Positions 1 through 13,000 of a stretch of DNA of 64,000 nt are shown here, one piece after another. The stretch spans positions 10,602,001 through 10,666,000 of the forward strand of contig JAQFVV010000002.1 of assembly GCA_028023455.1 (NCBI GenBank), written 5' to 3'. The notes beneath the pieces are model-generated. The model saw nothing but the letters and a program-made list of their open reading frames with translations. It did not search any database and was not told the DNA's origin. Positions within the stretch are counted from its first letter, which is position 1; every line of letters begins with the position of its first letter. The translations under genes were made by a program, and so were the position numbers. Source of the DNA: Epiperipatus broadwayi. Lineage: Eukaryota; Animalia; Onychophora.

Positions 1-409
1 ATAATATTCTCCAATAATACTAATCAAATATCAGCTAGTGAAATTGTGTGGATTATTTCTTTGTTTCATTCTTTTGCTAAAAGTATCTAGATATTCATTT
101 GCCATCAATAATTGAATAATCAGCTAAGTTAGATATGAATGGTTATTTAAAAAAAAAATAATGCTGTTATTTTCTTTGAATTCAAATCTGGTTAATGAGC
201 ATGATAAGACTAATGCATTAATACTACACCAAAGTCCTTGTACTAAGAGATTTTAAATGATTGTATAAAGTTCTATACTCCATTTAATTGAAATAAATAT
301 ACAAAGGAAAATAGTGTTTACCCATAAAGAGGTTTTATAACTAAGGCCATTTGTTTATTCTTTATAAGTAGGTTATTACAACAGTTTTGTGAGAAATATT
401 TTGAGAGTT

Positions 410-1190
410 AAAATGGGAAGCAAAGGGAGGAAAAAATGAAGATCATTTAAATCATCTAGATTTTGCTGATGATGAGATTGTTTGTGAAAATTATACTGCA
501 GGAACCTTTAGGAAATGTTGCAAGAGTTATTATATGAAAATAAGAAGATGGAATACAAGTGCTAAAATGATTAAAATAATGTTCAGTGGATTTTTCAAAA
601 AAAAGAAAATAATGGCTGATAATCATAAATTATAATATGTTAACATCAATAAATACTTTGGTCATATTATTAATACCAATGGAAACATAATGAATAGAAT
701 TAATTATAGAATCGAACTTGTATGGAGTGCTTTTAATAAAAATAATTTAGCATTCAAAAAAAATATGCCTATATAATTGAAAAAAAGATTTCAGTATATT
801 TTTTACAGATGTTATTTATGAGTCTGAGACTTGGATATATAATAGAGAAGCACTACGGAGACTTCAGACAATGAAATATGGAGAATATAATGAAGAGATT
901 AAAAGTGACGGATGAGAGAATAAATAGGTATCACTGACATTATTGAAAGAATTAAAAGACAAAATGAAGCTGGGCGATAGATATTGGCAGAAGAAATGAT
1001 AACAGATAGTCAATTAAAGTTTAAAATTGGATATCAAGAAATTGTAAAAGTATAGAATAAGACCACGTGAAATGGATTGATGAGATAAGGATATTTGCTC
1101 TTCTTTTGTGGAAGAGAGAAGCTTAGAGTAACTTGAAGAGACCTTTATTCTGCAGTGGATTCATAATAATTGAAAATATTAATGATAACA
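410..1190 (+). mobile_element. RTE-clade LINE, 5'-truncated decayed copy (RT C-terminus and 3' end)
   Basis: An NHLDFADD-like RT motif lies near 450-475. The downstream part (gagacttgg...gagacctttattctgcagtggatt...gataac) is collinear with the copies at 29683-30092 and 33900-34250. Many stops and frameshifts. Confidence 0.8.
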
Positions 1191-2181
1191 ATAAATAAAT
1201 AAATAACAACTATATATGGCTTATAGTATGACTGTCATAAGCTATGATTTTTAAAAAAATTCTAATGCTAACATTGACAGTGCTTACTTTAGTTTTAACA
1301 ATTGAAAGTAAAAAAAAAAATTAATTAATTAATTATAAAATTTACCTTAATTTTTAATCTAAGATTACATATAAATTTATTAGAATCAATGGATGATAAA
1401 TCGGTTTATAAGTTTATTGTAGCATGTCTAAAAATGAAAAAGTGATTATACAACAAATAAATTGATTATGCAACAAATATACTCACAACTTAAGATATTA
1501 TTTTTCTATAAAAACTTGGATATTAAAATCAGATATCTTGAACAATAATCTGATTCAGTGAGAAGATATTCAATAATTTAAGAAAAAATTCAGTTGATAT
1601 GATCCAGTAAGGAATTAGGATTACCAGGCAGATTGGTTTTTTAATGGTCTGAATGAGACCATGATTTAAACTTTGTTAAAGTTTTAAGGATAAAAATCAC
1701 AATCAAAATAAAAATACAAAATAGAAACTTATAATGTTAATATATTGTTATAAACTATTATTTCTACATATTTTATAAATAAATCCTCACTTAAGCTGAA
1801 GTTATGTTTAAAAATTGTAAACTACCATTCAAAAATTTGTATTAATAAAAAAAATTCAGATTCAGAATTTGTGTTTAATGAAGGATATATATTATTAAAT
1901 AAATCAATCTTATATTTGTTTATCAAAATAAAATTATTACTTGAAATAGTAATATATTTGACATAGTTGTAAAACAATTGAAACTGAAAATATCAAAAAT
2001 GTTTTGAAGATTTCTAACTTTAATTAAATTGCAGAATTTATATGTTTCACATTCTTTGTCATTATTAGATAGTAAATGCTTTTATTTTTATTTTTTTTAT
2101 AAAACTTGATAAAAAAAGTTCCCAACCATTGAATTAGAGATAGAAATTTATTCAACAAAGGTTGAACTTTATCATCTAGGG

Positions 2182-2546
2182 CAGGGGTAGTCAACCTTTT
2201 TATACCTACCAGCCACTTTTGTATCTCTGTTAGTAGTAAAATTTTCTAACCACCCACCGGTTCCACAGTAATGGTGATTTATAAAGTAAGGAAGTAACTT
2301 TACTTTATAAAATTTATAAAGCAGAGTTACAGCAAGCTAAAGCATATAATAATAATTACTTACCCAATATTTTATGTTGGACTTTTGCTAAGTTTGGCAG
2401 AATAAATCTCTATGAAATTTTTTTTGAAAAGTCAATTAAATTTTTAAAAAAAGAAAGTGCTTCTGTGTTGGACAAAACCCCTACCACCCACCATGAAGGC
2501 TGAAATGCCCACTAGTGGGTGGAAGAGACCAGGTTGACTACCACTG
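2182..2546. mobile_element. Non-autonomous hAT DNA transposon (MITE)
   Basis: 16-bp TIRs CAGGGGTAGTCAACCT / AGGTTGACTACCACTG (1 mismatch). 8-bp TSD atctaggg (2174-2181) / atttaggg (2547-2554), 1 mismatch. CAG termini plus an 8-bp TSD are typical of hAT elements. Confidence 0.9.
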
Positions 2547-3492
2547 ATTTAGGGGGGAAAACATTAGAATGGAAATCATAAACTGAGATTTTAAGATTTT
2601 CTTTTAGAATATTTTTACTGTTTGGCAAAGTCTGTTTTAGTGAGTTAAATCTGATAAACACCATTTCCACCTCAAATAATTTGTACTTCAGTGACTTGAT
2701 ATTTTTTTCTTTTCAAGATTGCAGGAGTTAATTAAATGCAGGGGATACTTTTTAAAATTAGTTAATTATAAGTTTGGTGAAAATCTTATTGAAATATTTT
2801 TGGGGTTTATTTTTTAAAATATCTTAAGAATAGATTGCATGTACAAACTATAGGACACAAAAGATGTGGGAAGATAATGTATATATCCAGACATTATCTA
2901 ACAATTCATTATTTTTATCTTTGCTTATATTATGTATGTAATAAAAGAGAGATTTAAAATAATTAGTGATCATATAAATGTGCTTTTCACAATCCATTTA
3001 AAAAAGATTGAAGTAGAAGACAGTATGAGAAAGTTTATGATAGAACATAAATAAATGGATGTGTGTGAATACAACTTTTATATATTATTATACTTAAATT
3101 TATATGACATGAGTAGGTGGGATGGGAATGCATTTATGCATAAATCAATAGAAAATGTGAATTATTTATTTTATTATTAACAAAAAGAATGCACCAGGAA
3201 GTTATTTTATGCTATTATTTATTTACTTATAAGACAAAACTCTGATTTTCAAATCATTTTTTAATCAAGAAAAAAAAAATAAGCATAAAAAATTGTATGG
3301 ACATGAATTTAATTAACTAAAAATGTATATTACGTTTATGTATTTACATTTTGTTTTCTTACTTTAAATAATTTCTTAAATATAAAAAATAATAAACAAT
3401 TAATATAGTTTGAATCTACCCATCCAGATTTACACAGCAACACTTTAATGTGTACACTAGACTTCAAACAATAACGACTTTAAGTTCATATT

Positions 3493-3635
3493 AAACCACT
3501 AAACATCACATGATCACTATATCATACTAGCACATAATTGTTATTAAACAAGGCAAAACTCTCTCCATACATTGATTACTCTGATTGGCACAGGGTGGCA
3601 CTACTCTATGGAGAGAGTTTTGCCTTGTTTAATAA
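3493..3635. mobile_element. Short fold-back remnant of hammerhead element family 1 (3' tip only)
   Basis: Perfect 29-bp inverted repeat (3541-3569 vs 3607-3635). Sequence matches the outer arms of the copies at 6662-7049, 24720-24980 and 55068-56005. Confidence 0.8.
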
Positions 3636-6600
3636 GTTGGCATTTTTCTGGTTTTATTTTTATTTTAGTATGAAGCCTTACTGAAATAATTATTTTTTTT
3701 GATATTTTTTGTTCAAAAGCCCTAATTAATTAGGTATATATATAGTTTATCCAAGCAGTTAAAACTAGACTCACTTTAATGTTGATAGAAATTATTCATT
3801 ACTTTGTTCTGAAACAGTGACTCATGATGAAATTGTCATCCATATATCAAAATGTTTCTTTTTATATTTTTATTTTTACATTTTTATGTTAGAAGCAAAA
3901 AGTAGATTATTCTTCTAATAAAATTATAAATGTTTGCTGAAATTTTTATTTTGATTACTGGTATAATTTTACTGGGAGCTCTGCATTTTAAGTTAAAGGT
4001 TAAACAGAAAGATACTTATGAAAAGATTTTGATGTTTTATAGCTGCTAAGCAAATTATGTTTCATGATGAAATTTAACCATCTGTTCTATAGTTCTGTAC
4101 ATATTTTAACTGGTATGGATCCAGGCGGCATACTGAATTTAAAAAAAAAACTGACATAAGACACAATTTTCACAATAATTTCAGTTTTAATAATGTTATA
4201 GCAAAAAACATTACATTGATAAAAACTAAAGAAAACAACAAGTCTAAGAAAATAATGATAACCATTTAAAAAATAAGAAAAAAAATTCAATATCTGACAT
4301 AATTATTATTTTACTGTTTGTTCATAATTTCTAATTTATCATTAACTAAGTTTAAATTACATCTTCATTGATAATTTCTTTGTATTCCTCACAAAATTAT
4401 CTTTCAAACCATATATAATACTTCTTACCTGAGATAATCCATAGCTTCAGAATCTCCAAAACAAATTGCATATGAATTCTTCATTTTTATCTTGTACCCC
4501 AACAATTACCAAATCTCAAAGGTGACTATAAGAAAAAAATTCATCCTAATAAAAGATACAAAACAAATCATTTCAGAAAATGGATATGCATTTGTCATCA
4601 TAGTAATTGGCTTCTTATCTATCTAAAACTAGAAATTATAGGCTACTGACTGTATCAGTGATAAAATGAGTTTCATCTTTTCAATTTATATTTTTTTTTA
4701 TGTACATCAGTGATATTTATATTATTTATGCACACTAGTGTGGCTATTTTGTTATATTTATTGTCCCACATAGATATAATTTATTTGCTTATAGCTCATT
4801 TGTTAACTATAGACTTGAAAATAATGTGATGCAAGATGTGGCAAAACTACTGACTTCACAGCATGAGTATCAAGGCATAGGCAAGAATCAGAATTTGATT
4901 CTTTGCTTGCATACAATTCCATGTGATATAAGCATAAACATTGTGACTACCATTACACATACACTATTTGAAATCTCTCTTTATTGTTTTTAAGTGTTTA
5001 TATTTTCACATGGTACTATGCCCAGTAAATTTTGTGATTGCTTTATCAACTGCAACCTTTCTGTACATTTGATTATCAGTTTTTAAAATTTACATTGCAC
5101 TGCTCTATATATGTAAATCATTACTTGTTATACAAACACATAAGAGAAAACACAAATACATCAATACAAATATACCTTTTGAGAATCATTATGTCTACAA
5201 AATAAGGTTGTCTCAAACTTTGATCAGAGCCACAAAATTACACTGTATAAAGACCACTTTTGTTATATTTGAATACAAATTTATATACTGTATAATAAAG
5301 TGCATAAATGATTTAATATTATATAATTTATAAGCTACACACACACACACACACACCAATACAAATGTAAATCAATAAATTATACTATTTATTAAATAAT
5401 TAAAGAAAATTTTAATAAAATTAAAATTGTATACTTACAATATTCCACGATTATGTTTACATCCCATTGTAAGCCTTGAATGTGAATATCAGTATATTTT
5501 TAATCCATTTGAGTTAGATAATGAGGCTAATAAAATTTTTCTGCCTTTATCACCCTCATGCAAACTAGAAAATTGACCAAAATAGAAAAAAAATTAAATG
5601 TGCCTATTAACGAAAAAAATAAAAAAATTCAAATTTTATCTGATTTCAAATTGTGATATATCATTTTAAAGATGGAATTAAGCAGCAATGAATGCTGGGA
5701 TTTAGGTTAACATCATGCTTATAGTTTTCACACAATTTAAAAAGAAGACAAAATTTCAATGAATCAGCTGCTATTAGCTCACATCGTGCTACAAAGATTC
5801 AACCCATTTTAAAATTAAATTGAAAAATATTTTTAAAAATGTTAAGTATGCCACATAACAAATTAAACTTGAACTTGACTGCTAAATGATTTTTTTATAA
5901 AAAAATTATTTGATAATAATTATGTCTGCTGAATATCTTTAAAGTTAGATTGTAAAGGCATTTAAAAAACTATACATTTTAATTAAGGTTACACTTTAAA
6001 TTCAATCCAGTTCTTTAATTTTTATTATCCTTTTTCACTTTTCTTTATTTTCTTTACTTTTTTGTGATAAGAATATAATTACTTTCCATTCATGAATAAT
6101 GAAAGTGAATTCATTATTCACCAGAGTTGCCTCATGAATGATGGTAAAAATTTAATGTTTTTTTGTTACCATATAGATAAGAATAGCAAGATATATATTT
6201 AAGAAGATAATATTTGCAATCAATTTGGGTGTATTAGCTTTCTAAAAAAAATTCTAAACTTTTTTGGAGCATAAAGTAGTTTATAAATTTTTCCAGTCTG
6301 TATTTGAACTCTAAGTTTATGGTTTCTGTATAGAGTAATCCTATGTAAATGTGGATTCTACAAAAAATATACATAGTTAGAATCTTATCATTGATTTAGA
6401 AAATTAAAGATCAGCCTGATATAGTGCTACCCCAAGTTATTATTTTTTAATGCCTTGTGAAAATATCTACAAGTCATTGAGCAAACATAGGTGGCAATTG
6501 TCAAATCCATCAGAATTAAATGTAATGTTGAAAAGTGAGTACTTAGTGATAATATTATTTAATATTTATCTAAATGAAAATTAGAAGACTGAAATAATTG

Positions 6601-6820
6601 CTGAGAAAAAATTGCCTTCATAATGTCTATACAAATTCTTTCGATATCACATACCTTCTCAATAAACATCACATGATCACCATCTCTATACTAGCACATA
6701 ATTGTTATAAACAAAGATAAAACTCTCCTTACAGTAGTGCCATCCTGTGCCAAACAGAGTAATCAATGGATGCAGAAGGCTTGTGCATAAAATCCCTATC
6801 TAGTGCCTACTCATCCAATA

Positions 6821-6856
6821 TCCTCAGACTAGTTTCTGGCTTATCTTCAGTGAGGA
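6821..6856 (-). ncRNA. Minimal type I hammerhead ribozyme motif, family 1 (stem II partly deleted)
   Basis: Minus strand reads UCCUCA CUGAAGA UAAGCCA GAAA CUAGUC UGAGGA. Core and perfect stem I are present; the 5' half of stem II is missing. Confidence 0.65.
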
Positions 6857-6893
6857 GCCTTAGATCTAGGTGCAGTGCTCTCAGATCCAAGGC

Positions 6894-6935
6894 TCCTCAC
6901 TGATGATGGCCACAAGCCAAAAACTAGTCTGGGGA
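6894..6935 (+). ncRNA. Minimal type I hammerhead ribozyme motif, family 1 (G12 mutated to A)
   Basis: UCCUCA CUGAUGA UGGC CACAA GCCA AAAA CUAGUC^UGGGGA. Stem I UCCUCA/UGGGGA, stem II UGGC/GCCA, palindromic helix III ACUAGU. GAAA is altered to AAAA here but intact in the other three family 1 copies. Confidence 0.75.
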
Positions 6936-7769
6936 TATTGGATGAGTAGGCACTAGATAGGGATTTTATGCTCAAGCCTTCTGGCATCCATTGATTACTT
7001 TGTTTGGCACAGGGTGGCACTACTGTAAAGAGAGTTTTGCTTTGGTTATCCTTCTCAATGCTTATTCATCTTTTATTGTGAGTTTATTTTCATTAGTTAT
7101 GAATATAAGAACTCATGATATGGTTTTTACAAAATTTCATGCTGAAAACATGTCATTTTTCTTAAGTTACTGATTTCAGATGACTATTTATTTTATTTGG
7201 TTGTTTTCTCATCCTTGGTGTTCGCCTTAAGATGTCACTACTTCTAGGTAAATTCCTAGAAATATACCATTTCACCGGCCTTCACCCAATCAAAGAGGAA
7301 TTTTTCTACATTATAAATGAAGAGAAGTCCTCATGTTATGTTGGATGGAGGAGGCGGCAACAGAAGCCAACACAAAGAGACTTCTTTCTATGATAAAACA
7401 CAGAAAGAGTTCCCGACTGCTGCCGGTTATGGCTTTTTTTCTATGCTAAAAGCAAAGAAAAAAAATGCCTTGATTGGCTGCCGTAGTGGTCGATTTTGTT
7501 CATCATTTTCTCGTAATAGTAGAATATCTATTCTCTCTGTGTGTATTTGAAGCAATCATATTTTTTTAAAATTTGATAAAATGTCTATTTTTTTAATGTG
7601 TTGTAACTTACTTTCTGTTGTAAGTTTAGTAATAATGTCCTGAAGATTCCATTACGAAGGGGTAACCCTCAAAAATTGCTTTTAAGAGTGCGAAAGAAAA
7701 AAAAAATTAAAGGATCACGCGAAAAGTACCGTTTTCATGAGAATTCGTCCATGACCAGTTACTTTCGCT

Positions 7770-8265
7770 ATATATATACGCACAAACAAAAACAACCCAC
7801 TGTCTAATTATTAGTAATTACTTGTCCGAAAAATAAAATTAGTTGGGTATTTTTTTTTTTTGTTTTGTTACATTTATTATTTCAAAATAAGAATAGTTTT
7901 TATATCTACACACTAACAAAAACTACCCAGTTCCTGATTAATTACTGTCTTTAAAAAAAAAAGCAAATTCAATGGGGTTTGATTTTTTTCAATGGAGTCT
8001 TTGAATTACGGTTTGTTTGTTTTTATATATACACAAGATGTATCAAAAAAAAAAAAGAAACCCACTTTCTGATTAATTACTGTCAAAAGAAACGCAAATT
8101 AGTCGGCTATTATTTTTAAATTTAGTATTTCAATAACGGTACCCTTTTTATATAGATAGACTTAACAAAAAACAACCCACTTTCTGATTCATTACTGTCC
8201 CCCCCCCCCCAAAAAAAAAAGAAAACGGAAATTAGTCGGGTATCATTTTTCAATCGAGTCTTTTA
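7770..8265. repeat. Tandem array A inside the TIR element, about 4 units of ~125-135 bp
   Basis: Recurring aaaaacaacccactttctgattaattactgtc...aaattagtcgggta motif near 7790, 7915, 8050 and 8170. Confidence 0.8.
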
Positions 8266-8339
8266 ATGACAATACTTACTAATAGTAGTCAAGTATCAAT
8301 TCTAAATTGTAGTATATAAATTACATTACTTTTGATAGA

Positions 8340-8860
8340 TTTAGAATTACATCTTGCTTTTTTAATAAAATGATTGATTTACTCTTGACCAAAAATACTG
8401 TAACTTTAAAAAAAAAGACACACATAAAGTCCAAAAAAAAAATGAGAAAAAGCCCCGTAACTTTAAAGACACACACACACACAAACTCAGAAACAATCTA
8501 AGATTAATAAACATTGACTTATTACGACTTGCTTTTGAATCAAATTATTGATTTACTCTTGCAAAAAAAAAATACCGTAACTTTAAAAAGACACACCTAA
8601 AGTCCCAAAAAAAAAAAAATTCGAAAAAGCCCCGTAACTTTAAAGACACACACACAAACTCAAAAACAAGATAAGATTAATAAATATTTACTTATTACAT
8701 CTTGCTTTTGAATAAAATTATTGATTTACTCTTGCAAAAAAAAAAAAAAAAGACCGTAACTTTAAAAAGACACACGTAAAGTCAAAAAAAAATTACAAAA
8801 ACACCGTAACTTTAAAGACACACAACTCAAAAACAAGATAAGATTAATAAACATTTACAA
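8340..8860. repeat. Tandem array B inside the TIR element, about 3 units of ~175-180 bp
   Basis: Recurring attacatcttgctttt...ttgatttactcttg...ccgtaactttaaaaaagacacac...ccgtaactttaaagacacaca...aagattaataaac. Confidence 0.85.
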
Positions 8861-10354
8861 AAATGAAAAAAACTAACATCATATAATAGTATTAGTTAGT
8901 AGAATATTTTATTACAAATCTAAGAAATCAGATCTTTTTAGATCAAATCGATCATTTAGGTCCGGCCCGAAATCGTTATATGTATATATTTTTGATTAGC
9001 GTCAACGCCATCTTAAGGCTAACACCAAGGATGAGAATACAACCTTTTATTTTGGTTATCCCTGTAATTTTGCTTTCTGGTATATATTTTAAGTTAATTT
9101 TTTGAAAATTTGTAAAATCATATTAAAAATATTTATAAAGATTTATTATGTGGAATTCATTTCTGAACTTCCTATCCTTAATATGACTAGACCAGTGGTT
9201 GAAAACTTTTTTTTGACCATGCCTCACTTAAGCATCTCTAAAATCCTGAATTACCCCCCACTATCTTGACATATAATTCTTATTATTCAAAAAGTGAACT
9301 CTTATTTCTGTAGCAGAAGCCTAAAAATCATTAATGAAAGGCCAGTTGAAGTATAATGGAGTTTGAATCCATTTAACTTCGTTCAAGTAACAATGGAGAT
9401 ATAAAGAGTAAAAATTATCTAAACAGAAAAGAAGGTGGCACAGAAAGAGAGAAATTTAAAAAAACATTTTTAACTTAATTTATAAATAACAAACTATAAA
9501 AATAATCAATGGGTTTTCAAATTTAGTGTTAATACGGCAAAATTATTTATTATTAATAACTCATTCTTGAATTGTTTCCCCTCCCTTTTAAAAAAATTTA
9601 ATTACCCTGCTGTGAGGCAAGTGCTTCATGTTATGAAGCACTGGGCTAGAAATAACTAATAATACACAAGTTTAAACAAATAAAAACATTATATTAAATT
9701 CAAAGACAAGAAAAATAGAGGAGAGATTAAGAAACAAAGTTTTGAAATCTCACAACTAATAAAGCTGCCTGAATGCATGTTTAACTATGATTTTTCTGGT
9801 TAGAAATTTAACAATGCATGCATATATATGTATGTTAAAACAATCTTGGTTTTTGTTTAGAACATATTTTCTATTATAAAAAATATAGCTAGATATCCTC
9901 AATGTTCTAAGATTATGAAAACAATTATTTATGGGATACATTTTTTAATATAATTGCATAAGAACACCTTGAGACTGATTATAAAAAAAATTATAACCTG
10001 AATTGTAAAAAGTATATACATATCTAACATTATTGAATCATTTCTTTTAAGTAGTTCTTGTATGGAAAACGTATAGTATTAAAACTAAACTTAAATCTAG
10101 AGATAGTGAAGTATTGTGGCATACAAAGATTTTAGAATTTCAATAATTTTTTTTTAACTAAAAGGAAATTATGTCAATAAATTCTCCTGAAAATAAATGA
10201 CTTTTTTACTGTTGTAAGAGATACCACCATATTGCTATCATTGAGTTGATCAATTAGATCAGCATCCTCAAAAAAAGTCTATTAAAAATGTTAACTGGCA
10301 AACATACCATGTTGAGTTAGTTTGTTTTGATGTAAGAAACTCTGAGTATAATAT

Positions 10355-10511
10355 ATCATAAAACATGATCACCATTTCTTATGCATGATCATAACTGTTA
10401 TTAAAACAGACAAAACTCTCCATATAGTAGTTGACCCTCAGTGCAAACCATTGATTACTCTGGCTTGCACTGAGTGGCACTGCTGTATGGAGCGTTTTGC
10501 CTGTTTTAATA
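10355..10511. mobile_element. Short fold-back remnant of hammerhead element family 1 (subfamily shared with the 24.7 kb copy)
   Basis: attaaaacagacaaaactctccatatagtag... is inverted to ...ctgctgtatggagcgttttgcctgttttaata. Shares ccattgattactctg and gtggcact with the other copies. Confidence 0.75.
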
Positions 10512-11299
10512 TCATAAAAGTTGATTATGATAAATTTCAGATTATATTATTATAAAAGGTTATTGAAAGAGATAAAGATATAAAGGGTTATTTTCAAGTT
10601 GATAATAAAGCTTTAGCAACAGTAATTGACAAATTTTATGAAGGATAAAAAGAATACAGATGCATAATTGTACTTTATGATACATAGTTAATGAACATTG
10701 AATAAGCCAACTTTTTTAGTCATGATGCTTTAATGGAGGCATATAATGAACTGATGGGAATATATTAAGAAGATGAAAATAAAAGAGTAAATAAGTTTTG
10801 TCTTGTTTTAGTGAGCATACCAATGAAGTATTTAAGGTTCATTAGGATTGAATTATTAAACTATATTTAAAGATGGGGAAGAAGAAAAGAATGGACATTT
10901 GTGTATATTTAGGTAAAAATGGTTCATTGTATATATTTAAAAGTAATAATAAATCACTGTAGTTAGTTTTTTAAAAAAGAGAGAAAAAAGGAAAAAGCAT
11001 TTTTTTTCTGATAGAAGGAAAATTTTGTACCAATTGGAGTCTAAAATGAATTTCAGTATGTGGTAAACTGTCAGTTATAATTTTTTTCTTTCTTGTTTCA
11101 TTTTTATGATGGATATCTTAATCTATGAAGCATTGAATTGTACTGCTGTGATAACAATAGTATTGATATATAAAAAAATGTTTATTATTAATTGTATAAG
11201 ATTGTGAATTGGTTTTATTCATTGTAAAAATAAATGTGTAAATAATAAAGTGTATAGTATTGGTGAAATTATTATTATTTTTATTATTATATATATTTT

Positions 11300-13000
11300 C
11301 ATTACTGCATTCACTATAGTAGATTACAAATACCACCTCCAAATGTTTAATATCTCTAGTATATTTATTGTTTTATTTGTATAGTATTATATTTGAAAAA
11401 GATACAAAAAAGGCTATTTCCATTGTAGTATGAAAAAATGTAATCTCAATTTATTGGCTAATCATATTTGAATGAGATGACATTCACTAATTGATCATAT
11501 CACATAATTCATTAGAAGCAATTACAAAATAGTTCATAAATCAAAAACACAGGATGGATAAGAAATTATAGTTATACATCATTTTCTTTGATTTCATATA
11601 GCAATAAATTAACTGATTTGACATTCTTAAATATTTAATAAGCAATTAGAAGCTTATTGTAGTTATTTTGTTAGTAACAAGTAATAGTCATATTAAGACA
11701 AAAATTATATACTGATTTGATAATTGATAAAGGTACAAATATGATAATTCTTGAAGATGGGTAACAATGAAATGCTTATGTATTTTGGTTTAGGTCAATA
11801 TTGATTAAAATGAATATTATATTGAGTCAATATACTGCCATAAAGATCATAATCTTATTCAGTTATAGAGCTGGTAATAGTAATATATTTGTTTCTGTTA
11901 CAAATTAGAGTGATTTGCTTTAATTATATTTAAAGTTTGTTAATGTGAATCGTAAATTCAGTTTAAGTATTAAATTTTAAAATTATTATTTGATTATAAT
12001 ATAACAATCTTTCACATGCTTTGATAATTAGTTATAGTCTAAAATTTTAATAATTTACTATTTCTCCATAACATTTGAATTATTTGTTTTATATATTTTC
12101 ATGATGGGATATTGTAATTCTTAATGTTATTTAATAGAATGATTTTATGTCATAATATTTTAAGTTGATGAAAATGGAAAGATATGCTAGGTTAATTGAT
12201 TTTATATTATTATATTAAATATTTAATCTTATTATAATTGACTTACTCAATAAGAGTATGCTGATATTAGTAGAATAGTATAGTATAGTTAGTATTACAT
12301 TTGATTTTATTTAGTTATAATTAGAAATCAATTATTGAGTTATATATTAAGTTAACTATCAATATTATAAATTTATAGGATATATTAATGTTATTATTCC
12401 ATCCATCAATTAATTATTTTATTTAAATATAAATAGAAATAATATTTGACTTTTGGTACAAGTTTGTATTATTATAAACAGTGTGTTGATTCATGAGGAA
12501 TATTCAAGTGTTTTCATGAAACCATGGGCAGGGGTTTGGGAAGGGGTTCCTGACAGAGATATTTTAAGTGCTGGCTCTGGCTAAGCATTTATCATAAAGC
12601 TTGTAGAGGAATTGGCAATCCTCATTGTTTATAACTTGCAAGCTTAAAAGATAGGGTCATGTGATCTATGACTCTTATTTTGACTATTTTCATGTAATTC
12701 TTTATTGTTATTTTTATTCTATTATAAGGGATTTTTATAATAGTCATATACTGTTATTTATAAGATAGTGATATTTTGCTTTATTGCTTTATCTTTAATC
12801 TATTGCAAATAGTGCTTATATTTAAGGATATCTTGAAGTAATCTTTTATTTGTTTTCTATTTGTTTAAATGCTATTGGAGTCTATGAGGTTACAACAAAC
12901 ATTATTATTTTTGTTTTATTAACTGAAGTATTAGATAGATATTAATTGATAGATATTGATTTTAGCTTAGTTTATTATTTTCATTCTGTTACAAATGATA
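11300..13000 (-). mobile_element. Very old L1/Tx1-like RT relic
   Basis: On the minus strand, a KTPGPDGF-like nucleotide remnant (aaacccctgcccatggtttc) near 12525-12545, with weak RT-like remnants at lower coordinates. No intact ORF; boundaries approximate. Confidence 0.3.

Larger units (their letters stand above)
6662..7049. mobile_element. Fold-back Penelope-like pLTR/retrozyme-like element, family 1
   Basis: Antisense arm ~6662-6867 and sense arm ~6883-7049 are near-perfect reverse complements. Each arm carries a hammerhead motif. Confidence 0.8.
7199..9044. mobile_element. Non-autonomous DNA transposon with GG termini, ~36-bp TIRs and 8-bp TSD (Merlin- or MULE-like)
   Basis: TIR ggttgttttctcatccttggtgttcgccttaagatg vs catcttaaggctaacaccaaggatgagaatacaacc (2 mismatches). 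TSD ttttattt at 7191-7198 and 9045-9052. CpG is retained inside, unlike the flanks. No transposase recognised, so the superfamily is inferred only from termini and TSD. Confidence 0.8.

Noticed and set aside
4087-4527. Minus-strand exon-like pieces (acceptor near 4527, cag/gtaag donor at 4428, acceptor near 4135) and a weak gag-like DLVIVGVQDK phrase
   Set aside because: All three frames of the 4428-4527 piece contain stops, the joined peptides match nothing I recognise, and no further exons support a gene.
4788-4960. ~55-codon open frame on + after a ttatag acceptor (SFVNYRLENNVMQDVAKLL...)
   Set aside because: No resemblance to the expected upstream NWD sequence and no convincing donor; could be chance.
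7770-8860. Regularly spaced repeats that might suggest a CRISPR array
   Set aside because: Units are long, degenerate tandem repeats without unique spacers, inside a eukaryotic TIR element.
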